Source: an uncultured archaeon
GTDB taxonomy: Archaea; Iainarchaeota; Iainarchaeia; JAADDC01; CAZMYQ01
NCBI GenBank assembly: GCA_964577235.1
Contig: CAZNYH010000078.1
Coordinates: 1-27,243 of the forward strand
Reading direction: 5' to 3'
DNA length: 27,243 bases
The first letter of the stretch is position 1; each line of letters opens with the position of its first letter. Shown piece after piece: positions 25,328 through 27,243 of the stretch. The notes beneath the pieces are model-generated. The model was given only the letters and a program-made list of their open reading frames with translations. It was not told the origin of the DNA and did not search any database. The position numbers were made by a program, and so were the translations under genes.

Positions 25328-25353
25328 AATAATTACCTTTATAAGGTGATTAT
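25328..25353 (+). promoter_or_regulatory. SD-masking hairpin upstream of rps19e
   Basis: ATAATTACCTT-TAT-AAGGTGATTAT: 11 bp (one G-U), ending immediately before ATG 25354. Confidence 0.55.
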
Positions 25354-25782
25354 ATGAATATATTCGATGTGCCAGCAGACAAATTAATAGAAGAAGCAGC
25401 AAAAGAATTAGAAAAAAAGATTGAAATGCCAGAATGGGCATTTTATGTAAAGACAGGTCCACATAAAGAACACCCTCCGGTTCAAGACAATTGGTGGTAC
25501 ATCAGGGCTGCTTCAATATTAAGAAGGCTATATAAATTTGGAAGACCTATTGGAATTCAAAGATTAAGGAAATTTTATGGTGGAAGAAAAAATTACGGAA
25601 CTGCCCCAGAACATAAAGTAAAAGGTTCAGGAAAAATTGTGAGAACAATATTACAACAATTAGAACAAGTAGGATATGTTAAAAAAGTTCCAGGTGGAAG
25701 AATAATAACTCCAGCAGGAAAATCTTTTCTAGACAAAATTGCTTCAAAAATATGGAGGGAAATGAATGAAGCCAAATCTTGA
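25354..25782 (+). CDS. rps19e: 30S ribosomal protein eS19
   Basis: PEWAFYVKTG, NWWYIRAASILR, YGGRK, GSGKIVRTILQQLE, GRIITPAG. Confidence 0.97.
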   Translation: MNIFDVPADKLIEEAAKELEKKIEMPEWAFYVKTGPHKEHPPVQDNWWYIRAASILRRLYKFGRPIGIQRLRKFYGGRKNYGTAPEHKVKGSGKIVRTILQQLEQVGYVKKVPGGRIITPAGKSFLDKIASKIWREMNEAKS

Positions 25783-25957
25783 TTTAATTTTGTTAAGAAA
25801 ACTAGAAAAAGATGCTTATGAAAGATTAATGAGAATTAAGATGATTAACCCACAATTATATCAAATGGCTGTTCAAGTAATATTAAACATAAATACTAAT
25901 GAAAAAATTACCGATGATGAATTGAAGAGTATATTAATAAGACTTAGAGGTGGTTAA
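25766..25957 (+). CDS. PDCD5/TFAR19-like DNA-binding protein, minimal core only
   Basis: AYERLMRIKMINP, KITDDELKSIL; canonical position after eS19. Confidence 0.85.
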   Translation: MKPNLDLILLRKLEKDAYERLMRIKMINPQLYQMAVQVILNINTNEKITDDELKSILIRLRGG

Positions 25958-26143
25958 ATGGCAAAATATAAATCTCTTCAAAAGAAAATACTATTATGTA
26001 GTTTATCCCGATCTGGAAGAGGTGCACCACTACAATTTGCAGCAAAGTCTAAAAAATTCACAATAAGATATCATCATAAGATTACTTACTGGAGAAGAAC
26101 TAAACTAGGTAAAAAAGTTGAAAGGGTGATGAGAAATGACTGA
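25958..26143 (+). CDS. rpl39e: 50S ribosomal protein eL39 (divergent)
   Basis: MAKYKSLQKK, YWRRTKL; position before eL31. Confidence 0.85.
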   Translation: MAKYKSLQKKILLCSLSRSGRGAPLQFAAKSKKFTIRYHHKITYWRRTKLGKKVERVMRND

Positions 26144-26438
26144 ATATAGAAGGTATATAATTCCTTTAAGGAAAGCTTTTGAAACAGCACCACACACAAA
26201 AAGAGCTCCAAAAGCAATAAAAGTATTGAGAGAATTTGTAAAAAGACATTCAAAAATGGAAGAAGTTATAATCTCAAACAAAGTTAATGAATTTATTTGG
26301 AAACATGGCATTAGGAACATTCCAAGAAAAGTAGAAGTAATAGTTTCTATTGATAAAAATTTAAATAAAGCATTTGTATATTTGCCGGAAGAACTAGAAA
26401 AGGTGGCTGAAAATGAAGGTCAAAAAAGTGAAGGATAA
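26136..26438 (+). CDS. rpl31e: 50S ribosomal protein eL31
   Basis: YIIPLR, KRAPKAIKVLREFVKRH, VNEFIWKHGIRNIPRKVEV. Confidence 0.96.
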   Translation: MTEYRRYIIPLRKAFETAPHTKRAPKAIKVLREFVKRHSKMEEVIISNKVNEFIWKHGIRNIPRKVEVIVSIDKNLNKAFVYLPEELEKVAENEGQKSEG

Positions 26439-27021
26439 CTTAGGTTATTATTTCACTTGTAATAACAAATATTGTATCGGGAATTTTTCGAAATATTTTG
26501 AAGATATAAAAAATTATTTAGAAGTGGACATCGTTCCTATAACAATAAATCGTTCTCAATATTGTGGATTGTTTAGTAAAATTATAGAAAATTGTCTAAT
26601 TGTTCCTGATTTGTTTCCAGACGAGGAAAAAACAGTTAAAGATTATGGATTAGAAGTTATTAAAATAAATTCTAAATATAATGTTTTAGGAAATTTTATT
26701 TTAGAGTATAGAGATTACTTATTTGTAAGTCCTCTTCTAGAAGATGAACTTACAGTATTAAATAAAGAGATTATAAAATGTAAGGATGAATTAGTTGGAA
26801 GTAAATGTATAGCAAATAGCAAAGGGATTTTAGTTTCCCCTCTTTTAGAAGAAGAGGATTATAATACTATGAAAGAAATTTGCAATAATATTGAAATAAC
26901 TACATTAGGGTTTGGAAATCCTTTTTTAAGCGCATGTGTTTTAATGAATGATAAAGGAGCCTTAATAGAGCAAAGTTCCACAGCTCTAGAATTATCGTAC
27001 TTTGAAAATGTATTTCTATAA
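26413..27021 (+). CDS. eif6: Translation initiation / anti-association factor aIF6 (divergent, shortened)
   Basis: Pentein repeats: LGNFIL, LVGSKCIANSKGILVSP, GFGNPFLSACVLMNDKGALI..STALEL; position after eL31. Confidence 0.85.
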   Translation: MKVKKVKDNLGYYFTCNNKYCIGNFSKYFEDIKNYLEVDIVPITINRSQYCGLFSKIIENCLIVPDLFPDEEKTVKDYGLEVIKINSKYNVLGNFILEYRDYLFVSPLLEDELTVLNKEIIKCKDELVGSKCIANSKGILVSPLLEEEDYNTMKEICNNIEITTLGFGNPFLSACVLMNDKGALIEQSSTALELSYFENVFL

Positions 27022-27023
27022 AA

Positions 27024-27242
27024 TTAATTATGGGCAAATCTAACTCTAACATAACATCCCTCATTCTTTTCAATTCTCCCAAATCCGAATCGCTCCATTT
27101 GAATAATTTCTCCTTCTTTTAATTCAGTAATATAATATTCAAAATACCCTCTAACAATATCTCCATTTGGCATTAAAACCTCCCCCTCTACATATTCGTG
27201 ATTTACCCAATGAATTATTGGGTAATCTTTTTTATCAAATCC
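27024..27242 (-). CDS. gltX: Glutamyl-tRNA synthetase, C-terminal 72 aa (5' part lies outside the window; absent from the ORF track)
   Basis: Manual translation: GFDKKDYPIIHWVNHEYVEGEVLMPNGDIVRGYFEYYITELKEGEIIQMERFGFGRIEKNEGCYVRVRFAHN*. IIHWV, IIQ.ERFGF.R and AH match the archaeal GluRS C-terminus. Confidence 0.85.
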   Translation of the reverse strand, partial: GFDKKDYPIIHWVNHEYVEGEVLMPNGDIVRGYFEYYITELKEGEIIQMERFGFGRIEKNEGCYVRVRFAHN

Positions 27243-27243
27243 A

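Noticed and set aside
456-26320. Other short antisense or alternate-frame ORFs (e.g. 456-773, 3296-3487, 3850-4116, 5157-5408, 7256-7552, 11719-12009, 13358-13645, 14458-14733, 20191-20526, 23976-24236, 26105-26320)
   Set aside because: All lie within well-supported genes and show typical shadow composition
26900-27082. 60-aa - strand ORF in the ORF track
   Set aside because: Different frame from the real gltX C-terminus (27024-27242) and overlaps aIF6
1-27243. CRISPR array, IS element, rRNA, alternative genetic code
   Set aside because: No regularly spaced repeats, transposase or long GC-rich non-coding stretch; TGA terminates conserved genes at expected positions

Overview
Strongly AT-rich, very compact archaeal DNA in standard genetic code, with GGTGA/GAGGTG Shine-Dalgarno (SD) motifs and many start/stop overlaps. 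It probably comes from a reduced DPANN-like lineage and may be thermophilic (inference from compaction, divergent proteins and a GC-rich tRNA). Most of the window is translation machinery. The ancestral archaeal S10-spc superoperon is split into two convergent halves: rps17..secY on + (3521-11229) and rpl3..rpl29-SUI1 on - (23666-18919). A rps19e-PDCD5-rpl39e-rpl31e-aIF6 cluster, tRNA-Val(GAC) and the 3' end of gltX follow. Accessory genes: ilvE; an rpoN-small ORF-unusual AAA+ ATPase operon; a beta-helix-like protein; a degenerate RpiA; Brix; a stand-alone tRNA-binding domain; SppA; a RecJ/HAN-like DHH nuclease coupled to a DUF460-like protein; a methyltransferase plus Lrp regulator; an orphan TadC; and two unknown ORFs. 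Main leads: (1) both RNase P protein genes expected here (rpp29, rpp21) are missing from their conserved slots, and the tRNA promoter is placed for near-leaderless transcription; (2) one 15.4-kb inversion explains the split operon; (3) an identical 17-nt element forms an SD-masking hairpin in front of two translation genes; (4) a 717-aa AAA+ ATPase with unrecognised flanking domains is coupled to rpoN; (5) an RpiA pseudo-enzyme candidate. No CRISPR array, integrase or transposase was seen. All calls come from motif recognition by eye; no database search was run.
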